DNA from: Chiloscyllium plagiosum
Taxonomy: Eukaryota
Reading direction: 5' to 3'
Length of the DNA stretch: 46,301 bases
Assembly: GCF_004010195.1 (NCBI RefSeq)
Contig: NC_057758.1
Location: forward strand, 1-46,301
The translations under genes and the position numbers were made by a program. Below, piece after piece: positions 37,334 through 46,301 of the stretch (positions within the stretch are counted from its first letter, which is position 1; each line of letters starts with the position of its first letter). Below the pieces are notes generated by a model, which worked only from the letters and a program-made list of their open reading frames with translations, was not told where the DNA came from and ran no database searches.

Positions 37334-37818
37334 NNNNNNNNNNNNNNNNNNNNNNNNNNNNNNNNNNNNNNNNNNNNNNNNNNNNNNNNNNNNNNNNNNN
37401 NNNNNNNNNNNNNNNNNNNNNNNNNNNNNNNNNNNNNNNNNNNNNNNNNNNNNNNNNNNNNNNNNNNNNNNNNNNNNNNNNNNNNNNNNNNNNNNNNNNN
37501 NNNNNNNNNNNNNNNNNNNNNNNNNNNNNNNNNNNNNNNNNNNNNNNNNNNNNNNNNNNNNNNNNNNNNNNNNNNNNNNNNNNNNNNNNNNNNNNNNNNN
37601 NNNNNNNNNNNNNNNNNNNNNNNNNNNNNNNNNNNNNNNNNNNNNNNNNNNNNNNNNNNNNNNNNNNNNNNNNNNNNNNNNNNNNNNNNNNNNNNNNNNN
37701 NNNNNNNNNNNNNNNNNNNNNNNNNNNNNNNNNNNNNNNNNNNNNNNNNNNNNNNNNNNNNNNNNNNNNNNNNNNNNNNNNNNNNNNNNNNNNNNNNNNN
37801 NNNNNNNNNNNNNNNNNA
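37334..37818. other. Assembly gap
   Basis: Run of N. Confidence 1.
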
Positions 37819-38650
37819 AAGGACCAAACAAAGTATTTTTGACAGTTGGGTAAGTGCATGAATAATAGCGTTGGCGCTTTCAAAGAGATGATTCTTTTGG
37901 AAGAGTTCAAAAATGCACTTCCTGAAGTAGTGAGACCTCAAGTGGAAGAGCAGAGATCAGCAGCTGAAAGGGCTGATGATTATGAGTTGGTCCATAAATC
38001 AAAAGATTGGCTTCCGAAATCAATTTCAATCCATGAGCGAGAATGAGAAATGCTCGCGTGGAAAGGGAAAGGTAGATTTTTAGTGACGATCATCAGGATG
38101 ACTTACCACAGGGTAAAAGGAAACCGTTTAAGGGGAAAGAGAAGTTCAAATGCTCCGGTGTTTTCTCTGCAATACAGGAGGCCACATGAAATGACAGTTT
38201 TGGTTGGCTCAGAAAAGGAGTGGGAAGCCAGATGGAGGAAAACAGGATAAGCCAGTGAATTTCGTGGGAAAGCACAGTGGAGGCTACAAAGCTGCATCAG
38301 AATGTGCAAGCTGGTCGGAAGTTGGTCAATGAGGAAGTGCAAGATCTTCTTAAACCATATAGTAGCCAAGGTAAAATTTATTCACATAGGCCAGGAGCAG
38401 CAGGTACAGAGGTTACAATATTAAGTGACACAGGGTGCTCTCAATCTGTGATGCTGCAAGATGAGGAGGTATGTACCCCAGAACGACTATTGGCAGAAAA
38501 TGTGCTAGTAATGCGAATTCACGGTGAACAAGAAGTGCTCAATTGTGTGAAGTGAGGCTCGTGTGCCTAGTGTCCAGTGGAGAAGTCTGGGTAGGAGCAC
38601 TGGACAAACTCGCACCTCCAGGAGTTCAATTTGTCCTTGGGAATGATACA

Positions 38651-38783
38651 GGAGGAAGTGTGGAGTGCAGATGCTAGAGATCAGAGTCGAGAATTTGTCG
38701 ATGCAAAATGAACAGCAGGTCAGGCAGCATCCGAGGAGTAGGAGAATCGACATTTCGGGCATAGGCCTTTCATCAGGAATGAC
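38651..38783 (-). mobile_element. Penelope-like terminal repeat with a degenerate hammerhead motif
   Basis: Minus strand CTGATGA-AAGGCCTATGCCC-GAAA-TGTC at 38776-38749. AATGATA flanks it at 38642-38648 and 38784-38790 (possible TSD). Confidence 0.75.
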
Positions 38784-38974
38784 AATGATAAAGCCAATTC
38801 ATTGGTAGGTGTGCTGCTGACTGTGATTGAAAAACCAGTGGAAATTCAGACAACTGAATTATTGCAGGCCACGTATCCTGGGATTTCTCCTGAATGCGTG
38901 GCAACGAGGTTGCAAAGTGACAAAATCGCTTTTGGTGGGATGTTACTCATGTCCTCCTACACATTATCAGCACC

Positions 38975-39816
38975 GAGGTGGAACGAGTGGAGACTGTCAA
39001 GCTCCTGGGAGTGGTCATCCATAACAAGCTTTCTTGGACTCTTCATGTGGTCGCACTGGTTACAAAGGCCCATCAACGCCTCTTCTTCCTCAGACAGCTG
39101 AGGAGATTTGGCATGATGGTGAATACCATTGTCAGCTTTTAAATGTGCGCCATCGAGGACATTCTGTCTGGGTGTACCATTACCTGGTATAGCATTTGTA
39201 TCATTCAAGATTGTAGACAGTTACAGAGAGTGGTGAACCCGGCCAGGACAATCACAAAGGCCAACCTCCCATCTATAGAATCCATCTACCAGGCCGGCTG
39301 TCAAGGAAAGGCACCAGCATTCCCAAAGGTCCATCCTACCCTGGCAATATTTGTCCACAGCTGAAAAATGTGTTGTTGGAAAAGTGCAGCAGGTCAGGCA
39401 GCATCCAAGGAGCAGGAGAATCGACGTTTCGGGCATGAGCCCTTCTTGGATGCTGCCTGACCCTGCTGCGCTTTTCCAGCAACACATTTTTCAGCTCTGA
39501 TCTCCAGCATCTGCAGTCCTCACTTTCTCCTAACACTTTTCCACAGCCTCTACCATCGGGGAGAAGGTACAGGAGCCTGAATACACGCACCAACCGGTTT
39601 CATAAAAAAAAATCTAACCTACTCTTGTTGGAATACTGAATGGACTCACAAACTCTAAGTATTCGCCTGTACCTAAGTTTTTGTTTTTCCCGCTGTTTAC
39701 CTATTATTTAATTATCTACGCTACTTAAATCTGTGATCTGCCAATATTGCTCACAAGACATAGCTTTTCCCTGTGCCTCGGTACCCGTGACAATAAACAC
39801 AATTCAATTCAACTCA
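38975..39816 (+). mobile_element. Rex1/Babar-like LINE 3' part
   Basis: KLLGVVI..KAHQRLFFLRQLRRFG..CAIEDILSGCTITWYS..LQRVV..LPSIESIY..LPSGRRYRSL; (CAATT)n tail at ~39800. Confidence 0.82.
39359..39530. mobile_element. Penelope-like inverted terminal pair (hairpin) nested in the Rex-like LINE
   Basis: Arms 39359-39409 and 39445-39496 are near-perfect reverse complements. TCCACAGC occurs on both flanks (39354-39361 and 39540-39547). Confidence 0.82.
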
Positions 39817-40449
39817 ACCAGATGAAACAGGAAAGATCAAAGAGCACAGAAAAGGAAATTGAAGTGGAATTATCACAGACCCGTTTTGATCAAATGGATG
39901 ACACAAGCAGGAGAGATAAATGACACAGCAGACATCTTTAGCTTAGAGAAATTAACTGAGCTATAGCAGAAAGATGAAAATTTAAAACAATTGCATCAAA
40001 ATGCATACACAGAAAAGTAATCTGAATGTATCCTTGGATGTTATTATCGTAAAAATGTCGTCTTAACTCGGAATGGAGGACATCACATATTCAGATGGAT
40101 GAGAAATGGGCAGAAATTCATCAAATCGAATTGCCATTTATTTATAGAAAGGAGGTGTTGCAAATGGCGGACAAGCTGACTCTATGTGGTCATTTAGGGG
40201 TGAGAAAAACTGAAGCTAAAATCCACGAACATTTTCACTGGCCTGGACTGCACAAGAATGTCGTTTTTTTTGCCAAACATAGAAGGCATAAAAAGAATAG
40301 AATCCTTACAGGGCAGAAACAGGCCATTCTGCCCAAGGCATCCACTCCGACCCTCTGAAGAGAAATCCACCCAGACGTGTGCGTCATTTTCTGGCCTCAC
40401 CACTTATCGTCTTTCCCCTTGGTACGATGGTGGCGAGCCACCGACGTGA

Positions 40450-40805
40450 AGATAATGCAAAGATATGTGCAGGGAGAGATAGTGTTGAGGAGGCACGGAG
40501 ATTCAGGTAGATTTAGACATGCTGGGAGAGTGGGCAATGAGTGGCAGAGGGAATACGACATGGGCAAATGGGAGGTCATGCCCTTTGGCTCCAAGAATAG
40601 AGTCATCTATGATTTTCAGAATGGGAATTAACTTCAAAAACCTGAAGTGCAAAAGGACTTGGGACTCTTCGGCCAGGTTTCTGTTAAGATTAATTTGAAG
40701 TTTGAAACGGGAGATAGGAAGGGAACTGCAATGTCGTCAAGCAGCCCAAGAGGATGTGAATATAAAAGCAGAGACGTACTTCTAAGGCTTTCCAAAGCTC
40801 TTATC
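40450..40805 (+). mobile_element. Old CR1 RT C-terminal fragment (resumes at ~41461)
   Basis: EWQREYDMGKWEVMPFG; QKDLG; EYKSRDVLLRLSKALIR. Confidence 0.78.
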
Positions 40806-40903
40806 AGGGGGGATGAAAGTGAGGAATGCAGATGCTGGAGATCAGAGCTGAAAATGTGTTGCTGGAAAAGCGCAGCTGGTCAGGCAGCATCCAAGGAGCA
40901 GGA

Positions 40904-40941
40904 GAATCGACGTTTCGGGCATGAGCCCTTCTTCAGGAATG
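40904..40941 (-). ncRNA. Minimal type I hammerhead ribozyme motif
   Basis: Minus strand CAUUC-CUGAAGA-A-GGGC-UCAU-GCCC-GAAAC-GUC-GAUU has both conserved core boxes, a 4-bp stem II, a palindromic ACGU in place of stem III and a GUC cleavage triplet. Confidence 0.72.
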
Positions 40942-41066
40942 AGGAGAGTGTGCCCAGCAGGCTAAGATAAAAGGTAGGGAGGAGGGACTTGGGGGAGGGG
41001 CGTTGGAAAAGCGATAGGTGCCCAACGCCCCCCCCCCAAGTCCATCCTTCCTACCTTTTACCTTAG

Positions 41067-41344
41067 NNNNNNNNNNNNNNNNNNNNNNNNNNNNNNNNNN
41101 NNNNNNNNNNNNNNNNNNNNNNNNNNNNNNNNNNNNNNNNNNNNNNNNNNNNNNNNNNNNNNNNNNNNNNNNNNNNNNNNNNNNNNNNNNNNNNNNNNNN
41201 NNNNNNNNNNNNNNNNNNNNNNNNNNNNNNNNNNNNNNNNNNNNNNNNNNNNNNNNNNNNNNNNNNNNNNNNNNNNNNNNNNNNNNNNNNNNNNNNNNNN
41301 NNNNNNNNNNNNNNNNNNNNNNNNNNNNNNNNNNNNNNNNNNNN
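41067..41344. other. Assembly gap
   Basis: Run of N. Confidence 1.
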
Positions 41345-41644
41345 GTTGGTGGGGGGTGTGGACCTGACGAGGGAGTCACAGAGGGAGTGGTCTTTTCGGA
41401 ACGCTGATAGGGGAGGGGAGGGAAATATATCCCTGGTGGTGTGGTCCGTTTAGAGGTGGCTCTTATCTGGCCAGACTAAGAGCATTATGAACATATAATC
41501 ACACTCTTGGCTTGTGCCTTGTCGAGAGTGGGGCAGGTGTTGAGAGGGTGGGGTCTGGTCGGGGAGGGTAGTTGTATTCTGTAGGATTTACCACCTTATC
41601 TGTTCTTGTAGCCTCAGGATTGATGTGCCTGGCTCTACTTCGGT

Positions 41645-42170
41645 TTCCTTTCAATGGTAATCGCCAGGATGTCGATTACTGATGTGAGTCAAACCCATTG
41701 AACGTCAAGGGGGCAATTGTTAGATAATCTCTCAACTTAAACTCCAAAGATGCTGAGGTGCATCAGTGATGGTAACACCAATGAAAGTTCAGTGGGCCGT
41801 GTTTGATTCCTTCTCAATGGTAACGCATAGGATATTGAATTTGAGACTTTTCAGTGATGGTGACACCTTTGAATGTCAAGGGGATGATGATTATATCCTC
41901 TCTCAATGGGAAACCCCGGATGTTGATAGTGCTGGCATTAAGTGATGGCAACATCATTGAAGGTCAAGGGCTCGCTACTTATTTTCTCTCTCAAAGGTAA
42001 CAATTAGGATGTTGTTCTTATGGGACTTTAGTGATGCTTAGTCCATTGTACAGCAGGGGCCATAGTTAGATTCCCTCTAAATGATAAACCACAGATTTTG
42101 ATGCTGTCGGTTTCATTGATAGGGAAAACATTGATCATATTGGTATGATGGTTGTATCACCTATTATCAA
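41645..42170 (-). repeat. Degenerate ~88-bp minisatellite (~6 units) apparently derived from CR1 ORF2 sequence
   Basis: AGTGATGGTAACACCATTGAA.GTCAAGGGG..TTAGATTC.CTCTCAATGGTAAC...AGGATGTTGAT recurs at about 41765, 41853, 41941, 42030 and 42115. Confidence 0.78.
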
Positions 42171-42772
42171 ATTATCATGGACACTGACCTGATTAACGCA
42201 CCCTTTTGAAATGTATACCCAGTCCTATCAGAGTTTCACATATCACAATGCAGTCTTACTGATCCATAATTACCCCATTTTATTTCCCATCAAGAATCAA
42301 ACGGCTCATTTTTATATATTTGTTCCTGTAATCCTCCCCAGACACTAGTAGCAATGAATGATTTTTCGCTACAGAGTAAGTCTTCTCCCATTCAGGAAGC
42401 ACACAATCACTTGATCTTTTGCCCTCTCTGCCAGATTCAGTAAGATTGACCTGGGCTCTTCAGAGATTCTGTTCTGTCCCTTCCCTCAGTGATCCTCAGA
42501 CACCACCCCCAACTGCGACTCAGTTAACTTCAAACGTAATTATGTCAGAATCTTAAAAAAGCCGGATTAACATGAGTTAACTAAACTTGTTTGTTTCAGT
42601 GACTGGAATTAATCCCAATCCCGACAGATCCTAAGCGTTTCTCTGTAGAGGTTACAGCCCTCTATATATGAGCTTCGATGTACGAGTGCATGTCGTCAGT
42701 GGGAACATCACATCGGGCATTAACAGGGAACATCCGTTGGAGAGGGAGAGGCGAGAAAGCAATGGGAGAGAA

Positions 42773-44320
42773 ATGGACGAAAGTGTTCCCACAATGGAGT
42801 CAAACCTGAGATCAATAGTTGGGAATTGCACAGCAATGGGGCGGGGTATATCATGGGCGTATTATATGCTTGAACATTATGTTGGCTTCCTCCCATTATC
42901 CTTATCGGATCGGATATATTACATACTGCAGATCGCTCAGGCTGGCTACTATCCTGTCCTGGCTGTGATTGGAGTTCCTGGTGAGTATATCTGCCTCCAC
43001 TATTAACACTGGAAGTTAATCAGAAATGTCTGGGTGGTATCGAAATTAAGTGCCTTCTGTTTACTGCTGCCATTTTTTCAAGAAAAGGCAGATCTCTGTA
43101 CACAGCATTGACTTTCAGGTTAACTCTGTAAATTGGTCTCAGTGTGACCCAGAGGACTGCGTAGGATCAGGTTAATTACTCCATTCTCACGATTGGGTTA
43201 TGAGCAGCTCCTTATTTCTGAATGCATGGGATCCAAAAATGTCAAGTTTATTTTATGGTCAATTTCATTCCAACACATTGACTCTGATCTGCAGCCAATG
43301 GACAGACTCATTCACTTCAGGGCTAGAGAGACTAACGTGTTTCCAAATGCCAGATGTTACTCCATCAAACTGGTAAGCTTGCACTAAGTTTGAATGTATA
43401 TCAACATTGTGTGTTCACATTCCTCACAGTCAATGTACTGACTATTGTTGTCCTGTCTCGGGGAAAGTGTGGTCTCTCGAAGTGTATCACTCGCTACCTG
43501 GTGGCCATGGCAGTGGCGGATCTTCTGGTCGTTATACTGGACCTGATATTGAGACACATTCCTGTTGTGTTTCGGGAAGACTTCTCCTTTCTGACGCACC
43601 TCCCTGTATGCAATATACACGCTGTCCTGCTTTATGCAGTCACTGACTGTTCTGTCTGATTCACCGTCACATTCACCTTTGACAGATTTGTGGCCATTTG
43701 TCTCCAGAAGCTGAAAAGTAGATATTGCACTGAGAAAACAGTGGTTGTGGCTCTCTTAACAGTGACTGCACTGAGCTGTTCAAAGAATATTTTCTGGTAT
43801 TTCATGTTAACACAATGGTATCAACTTCAGAACATGCCTTGGTTCTGCCGTGTTGTAACTGATGTCAAAGGCTTGGGTTGCAATTGAATTTCTCCATCAC
43901 ATTCTAACACCATGTGTCCCATTTGTCATCATCCTGATCCTCAACGCATTCACTGTCAGACATATTTTAGTGACTAGCAGAGCCCGGAAGAGACTCCAGA
44001 ATCACAGCAAAGGGGAGAGTCCCAGAGACCCAGAGATGGAAAGTCGGAGGAGATCCATCATTCTACTATTTGTCATCTCTGCTAATTTCATCATATTATG
44101 GTCAATGTTAATGCTGATTTCAATATATACCCGTATGATATATGTGGTAGCTTCGATTATATATATTCCAGACTTTGTGCAAGAATTGGGATTCATGTTG
44201 CAGTTGCTGAGCTGCTGCACCAACACTGCAATTTATGCAGTGACCCAAACTATGTTCAGAAGGGAGTTGAAGAATGTGGTGAAATATCCCTTCGTCCTGA
44301 TTGTGAACGCCATGAAATGA
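42773..44320 (+). pseudogene. GPR139/142-like class A GPCR pseudogene, two exons (42773-42980, 43430-44320)
   Basis: Exon 1 MDESVPT..NCT..YYPVLAVIGVP with GTGAGT donor at 42981; acceptor CTCACAG ends at 43429 (phase 1). Exon 2 VNVLTIVVLSRGKCGLSKCITRYLVAMAVADLLV..DCSV*(TGA 43657)FTVTFTFDRFVAIC..PWFC, frameshift ~43865, LTPCVPF..RRRSIILL..LLSCCTNTAIYAVTQ, TGA at 44318. There is an in-frame upstream ATG at 42668 and AATAAA at 44646. Confidence 0.93.
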
Positions 44321-45527
44321 TGAGGAGGGCATAAGCATTTGCGTCAGCAGAACACATTCCTGGTTAGAGAAGACTCCCAAATTCGCTCTGATTCTAGAGA
44401 AATTCCCAATTCAATGTTTTACCGCAACGGCCTTGAATAATGGAGCCAGTCAACACCAAGACTGAAATCTGTCTTGTAAGGTGACATTTTGAATTGGTTT
44501 GTTTTTCAATGAGGTGACTCTAACTGAATAAGAAAAGCAGTGCAGGTTTTGTTTTCACAATGCAACAAAGATTGACAAATTACACGAAGTTAAGTAGTTG
44601 AAACAAATACATCCTATTAAAACATTTGATTGTAGCACGTGTTTCAATAAAAAAAAACAATTCAGCTTCAGAACACAAAACAACGCCAACACTGTATCCG
44701 AAACAACTCTCACTCATAGCAAAAACTCTGTACCATCAGCTCAGTTGTTTTAACTCATTCGTGTTTTCAACTTGTAGATTATAAATACAGCGCAGTACAG
44801 GCCCTTCGGCCCTCGATGATGTAGATAGCTTCTTTCTGCGTATTATAACATGAACCATAAATATACTCAGTTCTAAATGATGTGTTCAGGATTAGTTAGA
44901 GATTTAAGAAATGAAGAAACAAAAACCAAATTAGATACAGGAACACACAGGTCAGAAAAACAAGGAGCAATGTTAAAAAAAGACAAACATCACAGTCTAT
45001 CCCCAAAGGCTCCATTTCTACATCGTTCTGTCACAGGAGCATGCGCATATACAGCCACACTCACCTAAAGATTTCACTGGACTGCCTGAAATTTCATAGT
45101 CAAAATTAAAATTAAATCCTCTCTACAAAGCTTATTGCAAATGAAGTTTCAGAAGTTTTCTTTAAAGTCTGTTCTATTTATTTAATTACCAATGAAATGG
45201 CACCAAGGAATGTGTGGAAAAGTACATTTGGCTGGCAGCTTGTCGAGTCCGATCCTGTTTAATCTTCACTCATGGAATAACCCCTCCAATAAAGGATCGT
45301 GTGATTGGCCTATGGAATGAGGACCCGTTGTTCATAACAAAGGCTTCCATATGCCCAAAGTGACGTGATTGGCTCGGAAGCAGCCGAAGAGTTTGTGATT
45401 CTCACAATAATGTCAGAACCATTTATACATCTGAAAGGGGAATGTTAGAAAGCGAGGGTTGACCACCCCTTTGAGAAATAAAACCGAAACATCCAAACAT
45501 GTCCGCTGTATAATCGATAAAACGTGT

Positions 45528-45819
45528 GATTAGATTACTTACAGTGTGGAAACGGGCCCTTCGGCCCAACAAGTCCACACCGACCCACCGAAGCGCAACC
45601 CACCCATACCCATTCCCCTACATTTACCCCTGCATCTAACACTACGGGCAATTTAGCATGGCCAATTAACCTAACCTGCACATTGTTGGACTGTGGGAGG
45701 AAACCCACGCAGACACGGGGAGAATGTGCAAACTCCACACAGTCAGTCGCCTGAGGCGGAGAACTGAACCCGGGTCTCTGGCGCTGTGAGGCAGCCGTGC
45801 TAACCACTGTGCCACCGTG
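45528..45819 (-). mobile_element. HE1-type SINE, near full length
   Basis: A box TGGCACAGTGG, B-box variant GGTTCAGTTCT, GGGCCGAAGGGCC 3' end and AATCT tail; similar to 33462-33769. Confidence 0.93.
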
Positions 45820-46104
45820 AGGCCTACTATGAAAAGTGGTGTAACCTGCTTCTCGTGGTTAAATGAAATAAATCCCTGACACTCACTTTAAAATGAAGAA
45901 ATAACAAGTTATTTATCTGACTCTACCAGTGAGCAACGTAATTAAACGATTAGCAACTGGAAAAAAAAATCCTTTTTTAACTTCTAACTATTCCTGAGTT
46001 GAACAAGATTCTAATGGAATGCTGCTCCAATCAGACAATTCCCACTCAGATAACAAAAAATAGAATGTAGCTTCTCAAAATAACAGTCAGATTACGTGTC
46101 TTAT

Positions 46105-46247
46105 GGTATAGTTTATTCCTTTGCCGCTGCTTGCTTATGGTTTACTTATATATGCTACTTAACTGTGTGATCTGCCTGTATTGCTCTCAAGGCAAAGACT
46201 TCACTGTGCCTCAGTACACGTGACAATAATTCAGTTCAATTCAATTC
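46105..46247 (+). mobile_element. Rex1/Babar-like LINE 3' end
   Basis: GTGATCTGCCTGTATTGCTC..CACTGTGCCTCAGTACACGTGACAATAA followed by (TTCAA)n; matches 39730-39816. Confidence 0.78.
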
Positions 46248-46301
46248 TCCATCCATTGTTCGGTCAGGAACACCTTCTCTTGTCATTGGCACTGTTGTTA
46301 T

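Larger units (their letters stand above)
36501..40270 (+). mobile_element. Degenerate Gmr1-like gypsy LTR retrotransposon (gag, zinc knuckle, protease, integrase N-terminus) with nested insertions
   Basis: Gag LPTFDENDVEAFLMSFEKV..W..VGRASEA..KKAIL; MILLEEFKNALPEVVR; decayed CCHC (~38157-38200); protease ILSDTGCSQS (~38418-38447); integrase zinc-binding GHLGVRKT..FHWPGL (~40187-40250). Confidence 0.85.
40806..41460 (-). mobile_element. Penelope-like element (pLTR, inversion, ORF remnant) spanning a gap
   Basis: pLTR at 40810-41020. Minus-strand TTRDIFPSPPLSAFRKDHSLCDSLVRS (41450-41360) resembles the RT/GIY-YIG linker. GCTCTTATC at 40797-40805 and 41459-41467 is a possible TSD. Confidence 0.82.

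Noticed and set aside
45839..46090. Possible LTR starting TGTAAC
   Set aside because: No partner LTR, primer-binding site or TSD is visible, so it cannot be supported.

Overview
Vertebrate genomic DNA, very probably from a cartilaginous fish (shark). This is inferred from HE1-type SINEs, HER1/CR1 LINEs, shark-type Penelope termini and a GPR139-like gene cluster. The window has four N gaps and no intact protein-coding gene that I can support. In order it contains: (1) a ~6.7 kb array of a 70-bp satellite, followed by a second, strongly degenerate ~70-bp array; (2) a full-length perforin-like (MACPF-EGF-C2) gene with a single coding exon and many frameshifts; (3) three disabled GPR139/142-like class A GPCR genes, two on the minus strand and one two-exon copy on the plus strand; (4) a dense nest of retroelements. 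The retroelements are CR1/HER1 LINEs, HE1 SINEs, Rex1/Babar-like LINEs, a Gmr1-like gypsy element whose integrase directly follows the protease, and Penelope-like elements whose termini carry minimal hammerhead ribozyme motifs and form hairpin inversions. An ~88-bp minisatellite apparently derived from CR1 coding sequence occurs twice. All calls come from reading the sequence by eye, and repeat boundaries are approximate.
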